Shown here in pieces: positions 50,401 through 62,685 of a stretch of 64,000 bases of DNA; the first letter of the stretch is position 1; each line of letters opens with the position of its first letter. Under the pieces are notes generated by a model. It had not been told where the DNA came from, made no database searches, and worked only from the letters and a program-made list of their open reading frames with translations. Both the position numbers and the translations under genes were made by a program. The DNA lies in contig NC_092680.1 in assembly GCF_964355755.1 (NCBI RefSeq), forward strand, positions 14,889,045-14,953,044. The letters are read 5' to 3'. Source of the stretch: Antedon mediterranea (lineage: Eukaryota; Animalia; Echinodermata).

Positions 50401-53400
50401 TCTCAAATTAAAATGGTTGATTATTTCTTTCAATTAGATCTCTCAAATGTTACTAATGCATCATGTGAATTTGAAGAAGCTGAGGTTTGCGGCTACATCC
50501 AGGATGATAATGACGACTTTGACTGGGTGTGGAAAAATGGAGCCACGGCTTCACTCGGAGTTGGTCCGTCCACAGACCATACAATGATGAATGGCTTAGG
50601 TAAGAATAGTTTTAAATGTATCGGTACCGTCTGTATGTTAAGCTGCACTGTTAAGCTTGCTTCACTAGGAAACGCAATGTAAGCGAATTGACCAGTCACA
50701 TGCGTTGGATTATTCGAATTTCACTTGTAATTGGTCAACACGTAATGCAAGCGTTACGTCCTTGTATTTTGTCTCCAGTGGGAACCAATTTACACAGACG
50801 AGCGGTAACCGTAAGCGGTAAACGGTAAGCGGAAAAAATAAATGTTATTTCTTATTATGACCATTTACATCATACGGAGTTGATGGGTGGTTGAGCGGTG
50901 GTTAATTGTAGCTTAACAAAGATGTTCACTTGATGGTCTACACAATGACAACGTGTAACTATAACCTGCCATGGGAAGTGAGCTACTGCCATAAAGGTAG
51001 GCTTACTATCGACGCTGCAAGTATTCTATGATTAAGTTTATAAAGTCCACATATGGTTATTATGGTGGTGTAATTAAAGTTAATTAGTTAGTTTCTAATT
51101 GTCACCATTCTTTGTTGCATTCTCGTTAGATAATATTTGAAAGGACTCAGGATAGATGCATATTTTACGTGGGACAAGCACTTTACAGCAGCTCATCTGT
51201 ATAAATCTATTTTTATTCATTTTCTCTGCGTGTGATGAAACTGAAAATAATTGTGATAGTGTCAATCAATATGATGACAATCCTCGGATGATGAGGATAA
51301 ACATGGAATAAGAAAAATTACATTATTACAGCATTTGTGTAAAATGCCTTTTAAATCCACCATGTGGTTTAAAATTGCTAAATATCTTTAGAACCGTACA
51401 GTACATTCGAGTAAAATATCAATACATAATATTGTTTTCTTGTTAGGTTTTTATATGTATGTAACAATGACAGATCCGCGATTACAAGCACAGACTGCTC
51501 GTTTTATATCACCAAAAATAACTAGGCCAGAAAAATCACACTGCCTGGAGGTTTGGTACCACATGTATGGAAATAGAGTTTATCAAATGTTATCCGTATA
51601 CAAACTCGATGCTGACCAATCAGAAATCAAACTGTGGAACGCAGATGGTAACCATGGTGATTACTGGCATAGAGCGGCGTTTGAAGTAGAAAGTAAATCT
51701 TCATATAAAGTATGTTTTTCATTCAATAAATGAGAAAATCTTATTTTAGTATGATTTTCTGTTTTGTATTGTTTTTTTTAGGCTATGTACGGAATTTTTA
51801 TTCTGAAATAAAGTTATCAATCAATCAATAATTAGTAAAATAATTCACATTATATGAAGCTACACTACCAAACTTCATGTGACAAAAAAAAAATGTGATG
51901 TTTCCATATATGGACATGATGATGTCATATCACTCTCATGTTTGGAAATATCACTACCATATTTGGGCACATCACACTTTTTTGTTAAATAGTTTGATTG
52001 TTTGATAGTGTAGCTTAACAAAGATGTTCACTTGATGGTCTACACAATGACAACTTGTAACTATAACCTGCCATGGGAAGTGAACTACTGCCATAAAGGT
52101 AGGCTTACTATCGACGCTGCAAGTATTCTATGATTAAGTTTATAAAGTCCACATATGGTTATTATGGTGGTGTAATTAAAGTTAATGGTTGCTGTTTCTA
52201 ATTGTCACCATTCTTTGTTGCATTCTCGTTAGATAATATTTGAAGGGACTCTTGGATATTCTACATTTGGCGATATTGCTATTGATGACGTCATTGTTAC
52301 AGAGGGGGTATGTCAAATACATGGTAAATATGCATGATCCTAACTTTAAAATAGAGACTTATTTTATGATTCAACATGTATCTGGAGTTAATTTACATGA
52401 GATAAGAAAAGGACGACAAAACGAAACACGGCAAGAACAAAAAGCAAAACTGCACAGTGTAGATGACATCAACCGTTACTGTGGATTGTCACAGTGAAAA
52501 GTTTAATGAGCCTTTTCCATTATTCGAAATATTCATGCCATACCAAAGCTGTTCATTCATTAACATTTAACGAACGTGGATATACATATTGTGTATCGAA
52601 TATCAAATCAGAAAACTATTTTCTTTTCTATTCGAAAGTCTACAACTTATACACATGTCTTTCATCCTGTTCTTATTATAGCCGTCACAACACCTCCACC
52701 GCAGCCAGAAAACACCGTTACGAATATTTCATGTGAATTCGAAACACGTGATGTCTGCAACTACACTCAAGGTATATATGATGATTATGACTGGGTGCCA
52801 GGTCAGGGCGGTGGCGTCATCTTTGGGCCTCAATACGACCACACTCTGCAATCATCACGTGGTAAGATATCATTTCATTGGTTTATAATTATCATAATCA
52901 AAGTACTTTAAGTTATTACCGTTTTTGCATTACCAAAAAGTGCAAGACAATTACAATTCTTATCTTTATCTTCTCTTGTAATTATCACTATCTATTATAA
53001 TCATTACGGTTTCCACGATTTAGTCAAATTATGTGTTCATACCATTTTAATCGTCTTTAATTTAATTATTTATATTATCTAATAATATCTCTTGTTGAGT
53101 ACCCAGAGTTCACTTTTATATATACAAAAATGTCAAGCTATATGCATCAAATAATCGGAATTTCACATCTATGGACATTGTTTTGTGTTCTAGCGATGAT
53201 TTATGTTTTTATATAACGATTAATTATTATTAATAATATTGTGTGTATCGGGACTTCACATTCCTTAATATTTGCTTCTTATCCTTATACATTATTATAC
53301 AGTATTTTATTTAATAAAATGCATTCTGTAATAAACGTTCAAATACGTTTTCGTTTCGAACATTCTAATTGTTTCTTTTCAAATACATATTACTTTTGAA

Positions 53401-56400
53401 ACATATAGTAATGTCAATTTCGTTTGATTTTCTTTCTAATTTATACGGACTAAAACATTCGGTATTGGCTAAATTCAGTCGTGTCTTTAAAACATCATCA
53501 TCAGTCGGCTGCGGAGCAGGCGACTACAAGCTTTCTCCAGCCACAACGGTCCTTGGCTAACTCTGACAGCCTATCAGAGGTAATCATGCCTCCTTCATCC
53601 CCTAAAAGCTGTTGGATGTATCTCAGAAAGTTGGTTCTCTGCCTTCCTCGTTTTCTTTTCCCATGTTGAGGAACATACAGAGCGTAATCGTTGCATGGTT
53701 CGTCATCAGGCATTCGAAGCGCGTGGCCCAGGAACTTTAATTGACGGGATCTAATATTTTCAACTAGCGGTCTGGTCTGGGTAGGTCATTTAAAACAACT
53801 GACGAATTATTATGGTTTTTTGTGCTTTTTGTTGGTTGGTCAAGAAGCAGTGCATTGTGGACTGGTGGCCCTCTATAACGTATGAATATCTTGTTATTTT
53901 CAGGTCATTTTATGTATCTTGAAACTTTCTTTTGGAACTACAATCAAAAAGCTAGGCTGAATTCGCCATTAGTTATGCAAACAATAACTCCTTCTTGTGT
54001 TAAATTTTGGGTGTATATGGATGGCGAAGATGTGGATTTCTTCAATGTTTATATACAGAAATATTCTGAACCACTTGGCGATGATCCACTCATAGCAGTT
54101 TATGGTGATTATGGCCCGAAGTGGTTTCATGAACAGGTTGAAATACCACCCTCACACGAACCATTCAAGGTAAGCTTCTAAGAATTAGTTGTACGTGTGT
54201 GTTTTATCTTTTATTTTTGTTCTCTTAATTCTGTTTAGTTCAGTGATCCAAGTAAGTACACAGTACCAAAGTTAATTTGTTCTTTATTTACAACAACGAT
54301 GGCCTGATATAGTACATCTCATTCACTGGTCTCGCCCATCTGTATCAACAATGAACAGTGGTTACACGTTTACAGCGTATTTTATACCGTTATACGTAAC
54401 AATTTATAAATAATTCACGCTGAAAGCCGATTTTCCACAAGGCGAATTTCTTCGCGCGAATCGAAAGCGTCAGTTTATATGCATGCGTATTTATTTTGCC
54501 ATCTTCCAATACTTTCGATTCGCGCAAACAAATTCGCCTAGTTGAAAATATGCTTTTTAAGGTCAATTTACACAGACGAGCAGTATCGGTAAGAGGAAAA
54601 CTGCGTGCTTGCCCCATGTGGAATCTGTAAATCCAGGATAAAGAACATAGATTCAATGTTTTTGTTTTCCGCTTAGCGTTACCTCTCGTCTGTGTAAATT
54701 GGCCATGACGAATGCACAGCGGCATAACAGAAAACATGTTTTGTTTGATGCCAGGTTGTGTTTGAAGGTGTTAGAGGTAGTGGATACTTGGGTGTAATTG
54801 CCATTGATGATATTAGCTTTTACCGCTCAACGTGTACATCAAGTGAGTTGCAACAGTTTAAATTAAAAATGCATTGTTCTAAGGCTTAGAATACCGAAGG
54901 AGATTTGAAATAATTAGGTCACTAAATTGTTCACAAAAAGGGTATATAAACTGTATTTATTCACGAGACTGAACATTGATTGTTGTTACTGAAGTTCGTG
55001 ATATTACAAAATAATAAAACAGCATATAAATACAAAAAATTAAAATATTTGAAAAAAAATTACAACAGAATCCCTTCCATCGGGCACCCTTATTTAGGGG
55101 ACGCCATACCAGTGCTTCCTGCGTAAACGGAAACCTCTATCAAAGAGGACACTTGACTGTCATACAGATAGACCCGGGTTCAATTCCCGACAACTCCCAG
55201 TCCACTCAGCTGTAATTAAGGACCTAGTTGAAAATACTAGGGAGAAAAATGGCGGCGTGGGAAGGAACTAGCCACCCTACCACATAATGCCGAGGCTTAG
55301 TACAATGCGCTCCTAACAGCTCATTCTCTTATGTTCAGAATAAACACGGGACTCACCTCACCTCACCTCTACTAAATATTCAATCGCGGTTCGGTTTAAT
55401 ATTCGTAACGAGAAGAACATTTTTTTTTTTTTTTTTTTATTTTTTTTTATTTCATTTCATCACATACATAATACAAAATTAATATATAAAGGCAAAAATA
55501 AGAGAGTAATGAAATTAAAGAAAAAAAAATAATGTATCGCAAAAATACACTTAATAATAATCATTTTGCTAATAATATGGTTGCCTTGTATTTTTGGTAA
55601 ATGTAAAATAAATGATTATAATTAAGTAATTGTTTTTTGATTTTGCAACTAAATATGTACCACTTTGTAATTAAAATTAAAATGTTTGCATCACTGTGTG
55701 TTTTTCCAAAACCAAAACATATACTTTCTTTGGTGATAATTAAGTTATTGTTGATAATTCGATACATATATTGTTTTACATTTTCCCAAATTTTCTTTAC
55801 CAGATCACATTCAAAGAACATATGTAGCAGTGTTTCCTGCTTTTCCTTGCAAAAACTACACATTGGTGAATCGACCTTTGACATCTTAAAGAGCATTGTA
55901 TTTGTATAAATTATACGATGAATAAATTTAAATTGAACATTTTTTAGCTTAGTGTCATTTGTACAGGCGTGTAAATTTGAGAAAAGGTTTTTCCAATTAA
56001 GTTTGTTGTCAAACTCCTTTTCCCATTTGGATTCAATTCCAATTGGCTCTTCAACATTTTTTAATATAATGTGTTTATAGATATAATGACAATTTCTCGT
56101 TTTCACAGAAATGAATGTCTGTAATTTGGATTCAACTTCATTAGTTGTGTTTATACCTTGTTCAATTAATTTCTGTTTCCAGAGCTTTGGAATTGAATTT
56201 ACAATCTGGTGATATAATAAGAAGTCTGGTTTAAAATTATATTTTTGGTTAAATTCGTCTAGTTCTAATATTTTCCCTTCTTTGTTCACGATATCTTTTA
56301 CATAGTTTACATTTTTAACCAACCAATTTTTTTCAACTTTAAATTCTCTTTTATCAAAACATGAGAAGAACATTTGGTACACCATGTCATACCTACTATT

Positions 56401-59400
56401 GTTACAAACATACTCACAAGTGGCGCTTATAACGATTAAAATTAAATGTTAATGTAAATAAGATGTCCCAATTTCTACAAATATACAAAAAGAGATCATT
56501 ATTAAACTTCAAACCGATTAATAATTCTTGCAGATTATTACTTATTGTTGTATTTGCCATTGCTTACTCACAGACTTATAGATGAATAAAATGTTTATTT
56601 TGGTGAACTAGTTTTCATTTGTTGTATTTTACTCATTTTAAATATCTCATATATTTGTTATCATCATTTACAGCTTTTCATTGTGATTTTGAAAATGGTA
56701 TACATGAATGCGGATTGACACAAAGGAAGAATGGAAATGGAGATGATTTTGATTGGTATTTACGGCAAGGTTTTACCAGTTCACATGGTAACACACCAAT
56801 CACTGACCACACTTTCGGAACCGAATCAGGTTGGGATAATTTTTTCCTGGTATAAAAAGAAAGAACAATTGAAAAAAAAGTTTAAATGAAGAGTTTACAA
56901 ATAACATTCAGCATTGCTGAAATTTTTTTCTAAATGTATAAAATGATAATAAAATGTTCATGAACGAAACGCTTCTTATGGATGTAAATGGCTTTTATAA
57001 AACTTTGGGTTGGAGAGGGATCCGATGCCTTTTTTGTATCAGTTTTCTAAAATGTTCAGCCTATAATCCAGAACCGTTATGACTAGCCCTGCTTTTTTTT
57101 TGTTCACTGCCTTCAATATTCAAAACGAATCGGTGCCTTTGAATAGGAAATAACTAAATCTAAAGTGTGATAAATCAATATTGTGACACTTTTATTATTT
57201 TAACTTTCAAAATTTTCATTACTAAATTTAAAATTATGCTTACAAAGGGTGAAATATTTAGTGGAGCGTCTCTAAAAAAAACAAATAAAAAAGTAATCTT
57301 TCCTGGTAAGTTATTAAATTTTACCACATATTAGCAGTTTATATTAACTTGATTTCCATCCGCATAAATCTGGAAAACGTATTAATTCACTGTTAGAGTT
57401 ACAACGTGAACTATAATTGACATACATACTTAATGTACATATTTCTGTCACTCAAGATGTAAGCAGACATTTCTAAAACATCAACATGAACTCCCCCTTC
57501 TTGGTCAAATCTGGAAATCTTTTTATAAAACAGTTTAGTTGTAAAACTTTACTTGGTATAATTTGTATGATTGTAAATAAGAATGAGTTCGAGGTAAATC
57601 CGTTTGATCGCAATAGACAATGTTTATTTGATTGAGTATATTCTGAAGAAAAAAAAATCCTTGGAGTAATTAAAAAATAGAAGCAATATTAACTAAAAAT
57701 GCGTTTAAAGGTATATTTTTTCTACGATTTTACAGGGCATTATGTTTACATTGAGGCATCACAGCCCCAGCGGCCTGGTTACATAGCAGTGCTTACTACA
57801 CCACTCCTTAAAGGTGTTATGACACCCACATGTCTCAGGTTCTTTTATTATTCGTACGGGGAACAGCATAGCACCATGAAGGTATCAATGTCTAACCGAG
57901 GCACTGTCAAGATGCTTTGGACAAGCTCTGGTAGTTCCAACAGCTGGGAGAGTGCAGTGATCCAGCTGCCAATATCATCATTGAGTTACCAGGTGATTAT
58001 TTAAACCAATAAACAAAATCGTTATTTTAATATTTAAAAAAACCGTCCTGGTTCACTGTTATGTGACATACATCATGCCTAATTAGAATAATTATCAGTG
58101 GATTGAATCCTATCCTATCCTATCAAGAAGTTACTATGTTTGGTTTATTGATTATTATTTTGAACAACGTTGAATTTCTCTCACGCTATAATATAAGACA
58201 ATCAATTTAACAATTTCCATGCTTTCGGTTTGCATAAAATGTTGCAATTTCGTTTTCTATTTTTCTTTCATGTTATAGGATTTTGCATTATAGTTCAATC
58301 CAAATAGACCTAGGCCTGTATATGTAAATTTAAAGGTCTAAAAACCATGTTCATTTCATTACTTCACAGGTACATTTTGAGGGTAAAATTGGGGAACATT
58401 TTCAAGGGGATTTGGCTCTCGATGATATATCCATATCTCAAGAAAATTGCATTAAGCCGACGACTACAAAACCAGCCACACATACACAAACCACGACTGT
58501 TTCTAAACATCTTACAATTGATAAACATCTTACAATTAATAATACAGACAAACATGTGGAAGTTACTATCAACCAACACTATATAATTTCTTATTTTGAA
58601 TGTCATTTTCAAGTGGATATTAGCACATGTGGGTTAATACAATCTACATCTGATGATTTAGATTGGAGCTATAATGACATAAACATTCTCCAATCGTTAC
58701 CAGGATTAGAAGGTAATTTGTATACTTCCTTACTTAGTTGATCGTGGACGTATGAATTATGTTTTCATTAGAATCTGTCGTTCATTGGCCTGTATTGCAA
58801 TTGTTTAAAAAAAAAGTCAATGGCTCATGTGATGGATGTATTTATGATAAAATAAAGTAAAATATTCTGTACTGTTTCATAATCATATTTTGTATTTTAT
58901 AAATCTGAATACTTGTACATTTCCAGACAATTGATGTTATATTTAAATATCATATTTCCCCTATAGTAAACAATATAAGACATTTTGTTCTTGTCATTTT
59001 CATGTCCCTTTCACATGTCAGCATATTTCCTTTTTAAAACAAATAGGTGGAAAATCATATATCTACATCAACCCAAGCAATGGACAAGTTGGTCAAAAGG
59101 GTCAAATTGAGACTCCTATTATCAAAACAAGTACAAATCAGTGTATACGAATTGACTACAATATTAACCAAACTCCTCAAGTTTTAAATCTGTATATTGT
59201 TGTTGGCAAACTGTGGACCCGAATTTGGAGAACTTCGGATACTACTAACAGTTGGAAAGCTCAACAAATTAACTTTAATTCCGATTCGTCAACGTTTTCT
59301 GTAAGTAATTTAGCATTTTTTTCTTTTAAAGCATAATTCGACGGCTGATGGAATTAGTAGGGCGTTATTCCCCCGGCAAATGATATTCATGTGCTCAGAC

Positions 59401-60402
59401 ATCAAACCTAACCCTCTCTACACAAACAACACATTTACAAACAATGCAGAGTTGATGATTCAAACTAACAAGCACGACACGCGATTAACAAACCATAGCA
59501 TTAAACTGTGGACTCATTAACTGATCGGCTTTTGACGTAACAGTTTTTATTATTGTTCTTTCTCTATTAAATTGAATTACATTCTATTTAATAATTCAAG
59601 TGAAATAATGATTTATTATCAATTATCAGTAGTACTTTCATTTATTTTCCCCATGAAATGAAAAGTTATCCATTGAATCTTATTAGTTCAGATACATTTT
59701 GTTTTTATTTCTTATTAAAACATAATATTTTAACAGATAATAATTGAGGGAGTCATTGGAAACTCTGAGAACGGATTGATTGGTATTCGTCGTTTTGAAG
59801 TTATACCCGATTGTATAATAGGTAGGTTAACATAATAAAGATAATAATTATTACTGTGGAGCCTGTCAACAATCTTCTGACGACAATAAGCTAAATGCAT
59901 TCTACTTTTATTTACAACTTATCTGGCTTGATATACTTGCTTGATGAGTGCAAAGCTTTCTCCCTTTAAATTACGTCATTTATTAATTAATCACGCGTAA
60001 CGGATTGTAACGAGCGCCATCGCATTACTATTCACCATTAGTTATCATCGTGATCAATACCTGTATTCTAAGGTTGGTTATTGATTAAAATAATTGCATT
60101 CACATCATTATAGGAGTAGTCATTAGTAAATGTTTAGTATACTTTATTCTACAGTTCCGAACGTAGCAGCTGGATCAACCTCAGACAACAGAACAAGAAA
60201 CAAAGTCATTGGTGTATGTGTAGCCATCTTAGTTGTATTGATAGCTGTAGTACTTACCGTGTACTTTAAATTCAGATCAAGAAAAAGAGATCCTCCACTT
60301 ATATCCACCATTAAATTTGATAATAAACCAATCACTGACAACATTGTCATCGAAAATCCTCTTTACTTAACAACAGAAAATATTACAGAATCTGCAAAGT
60401 AA
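44450..60402 (+). CDS. Type I membrane protein with six tandem MAM domains and an NPxY tail (MALRD1/MAMDC4-like, no LDLa), ~1148 aa, 18 exons
   Basis: Exons 44450-44639, 46940-47205, 47583-47676, 48787-48927, 49300-49571, 50089-50179, 50438-50599, 51447-51709, 52233-52323, 52682-52861, 53904-54169, 54755-54842, 56674-56829, 57736-57992, 58370-58712, 59047-59300, 59737-59821, 60155-60402 (3447 nt, in frame). Repeated MAM motifs CxFE..C, D.FDW, GP.xDHT, G.Y.Y, CL.FWYHMYG, FEG...IA.DD. Signal peptide, TM ([21 protein letters not shown]) and ENPLY are present. Confidence 0.9.
44890..46330 (+). mobile_element. Degenerate L1/Tx1-like LINE ORF2 3' region in MAM-gene intron 1
   Basis: Remnant motifs [16 protein letters not shown] and [10 protein letters not shown], interrupted by stops and frameshifts. 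Confidence 0.7.
47830..48500. repeat. 44-bp minisatellite (TAAAGACAAGGCTGACCACGACGTGTTCATTTCTGAGCCCGACC)n, ~15 copies
   Basis: Visible tandem array in MAM-gene intron 3. Confidence 0.95.
50907..51148 (+). repeat. ~240-bp local duplicate of 52009-52251 (intron end, acceptor and start of exon 9)
   Basis: Near-identical TGTAGCTTAACAAAGATGTTCAC...CATTCTCGTTAGATAATATTTGAA(A/G)GGACTC at both positions. Confidence 0.9.
51855..52017. mobile_element. Tourist/Harbinger-like MITE copy
   Basis: AAGCTACACTA...TAGTGTAGCTT termini around the family core. Confidence 0.6.
53493..53785 (-). mobile_element. 3' end of an RTE-clade LINE
   Basis: Minus frame [13 protein letters not shown]...[10 protein letters not shown]...DRCGWRKLV...stop, followed by a (TGA)n tail. 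Confidence 0.75.
54560..54705. mobile_element. Palindromic MITE (second family)
   Basis: Termini GGTCAATTTACACAGACGAG / CTCGTCTGTGTAAATTGGCC. Partial relatives at ~50788 and ~19915-20030. Confidence 0.55.
55170..55370 (+). mobile_element. SINE with B box and (CACCT)n tail
   Basis: GGGTTCAATTCCC B box, a CCACTCAGCTGTAA CORE-like segment and a CTCACCTCACCTCACCT tail. Confidence 0.5.
55410..56375 (-). mobile_element. 5'-truncated L1/Tx1-like LINE with poly(A) tail and 13-bp TSD
   Basis: Open reading frame with a zf-RVT-type motif CSFC...[10 protein letters not shown]. Poly(T) on + at 55420-55450. TSD GAGAAGAACATTT at 55410-55422 and 56363-56375. Confidence 0.88.
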
Positions 60403-61608
60403 AGCAGCAATGTTTACCCAGAATGCCTTCTTAATGCATTGCTTGCCAATGTGCAAAGAAGATAATGCCTGATAATGAAACTTAGCTATGTCCACACCAA
60501 GTCTTCCAAGCTTTGTTGACGACAATCACTCCAATGTTTGTTGACGCCAATCTCGAGCAAATTCCGCTCGGTGAGAGAAACGTAGGCAGGTTATGTTGTC
60601 TGGCCGCCGTGAAAGAAAATAATTCGATAAAATCTTCTGCAATTGTAGTAAGCATTATTATCATACTAATGAAAAACATGGGAGTGAATAGAAACTCTGA
60701 CAACAACAACTAGGTTTACATAAATATAATGAAACAAAAAGGTCGACGCAAATTTTAATTTTGTTAAATATTATTAAAATAAAAAAAACAAAACGAAATA
60801 GACATTATATTTGACAATTTGTTTCGTTACTAGTCATTATATAAAGAAAATCAATTGATATAGGCCTAAGTATAGGAATATGTTACATAATCAGCGTTAA
60901 GTAGCATAGAGATAAATAAAGAAATGTTCCTGAAAAATATGAAATAAAAAAAACCCATTTTTTAAACCAAAAAATATTTTGTCGATTTGTGAATGTATTT
61001 AGAAAATTATATATGTTTTGTAAAATATGTGTAAATATCTGCAAAATTTCAGCCAAGTTGGATAATACATTGCCAAGTGAAATGAATTAATACATGAGAC
61101 ATTATCTTAAGGAGCTGACAATAAAGTAAGTTATATGTCGTCAAGGGGAAAACGGTTTACATTTTGTTTAGGTACTGTAGGCTAGATAGTATAATAGATA
61201 AATAATGTTCACATATATCAAAATCTCACTTTGTAACACATTAAAACAAAAAATGTAAAGTTAACAAGAAAAACTTCTATAATAATATAGGCCTACTTTA
61301 ATTTATATCGATCGATAAATGTATTCCTTTGATTAACCTACGCAACATTTGCAAATATATATATATTCGTACTTACAACAAATTAGCTAAAATAAACCAA
61401 CGATTTTCTTATATCAAAATCTCAAATTTAATTTCTTTAAAAGAAATCACCCATTACCCCATACGGATAAAGTAATCTCGCGCCTGTTACAATCATGAAC
61501 TACCGGTAGTACAAGTTATATTATCATCCAAGATCACATACAAAACATAGTTTTTGTAGGGAGTTCAGTTCATTTGACGGTTGATTTTTGGGGAAATCAT
61601 TAACAAAC

Positions 61609-62685
61609 ATGTCGTTTACCAGTCGGCAAGTTTTGCTGATGATTTGTATGTGTTCTACTGGGGTTCTGACAAGAGCCCAGGTAGATCTGTGTAGTTTTAA
61701 TTCTAACCTTTGCGGATTTACTAATGATGCAAATAATAACATTGATTGGCAGAGAATTCAAAATGGAACAACTAGTGGTAGGTAGTTTACATTATTTATT
61801 TGTAAAGCCAGATACAAATCGTGCTATTTACAATTACAATCGCATGCTCGCAATCGTTTCATAAATACAGTTAAAGTTAGTTATATCTTTCGTGTAGCTT
61901 AAAACTACACATAAATTAACTACCAATTCTGTAACTACAAACCAAATGTATGATATATAATGAATTCATACATATAGGTCTATCCTCGTGTTTAGCTTTT
62001 CGATATTAGTATCAAAACAAGAGAAAGATGGGTAGTTATTATTTTTATAAATAGTAAAGCAACCCCCTCTTCCACTTCACCTACAAACATTCAAATTGTA
62101 TTACAGAGTTATGAAGTTGAAACTTTTGTAAGTGGGAACACATGTTTTAAGCCAGAAAAAAGTGGTCGTAATAATTTATACATTCAAAGTTACAAGCAAA
62201 CATTGTCCATGACCCCTTCGGAGGCGTTTTCTACTCAGGAGAGCAATGGAGGATGTAGGCCAAAAAATAATATTTTCGCATTCCTTCTGAATCTGATATG
62301 GATGTAACTATTTTTCTTCACATTTTAAAGAGATAGTCAGTCAGAGGCAGGCTACAAAATATTACATACTATTTCATTCATTTAATTTAAAATGTAATGT
62401 TGTTTTTATACAGATTATTTTCTATCGTTGTCAACAACGAGCACATCATCTGACAAAACCGGAAGAATTACAAGCCAAACTCTCGCGCCATCAAGCACAA
62501 GTCTATGCCTAGAATTCTTCTATAGTTCTAGAAACACAACAGGAAACGCTCCAGTATTTAAAGTTTATTATAAGAAAGCTAGTGGGGCATCAACCGAAGA
62601 AATGGTATGGCAGACAAATAATTCAACTGAAAACAACGTGAAGCATTTCTTGGTTGACTTCACCAACGTTACGGAAGATTACAAG
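61609..62685 (+). CDS. Second MAM-domain protein gene, first two exons (continues beyond the window)
   Basis: Exon 61609-61777 (signal MSFTSRQVLLMICMCSTGVLTRA, then CSFNSNLCGF...DWQR, phase 1) and exon 62414-62685 (YFLS...RITS...CLEFFY...W..., phase 0). Same exon phases as MAM1 of the upstream gene. Confidence 0.82.
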
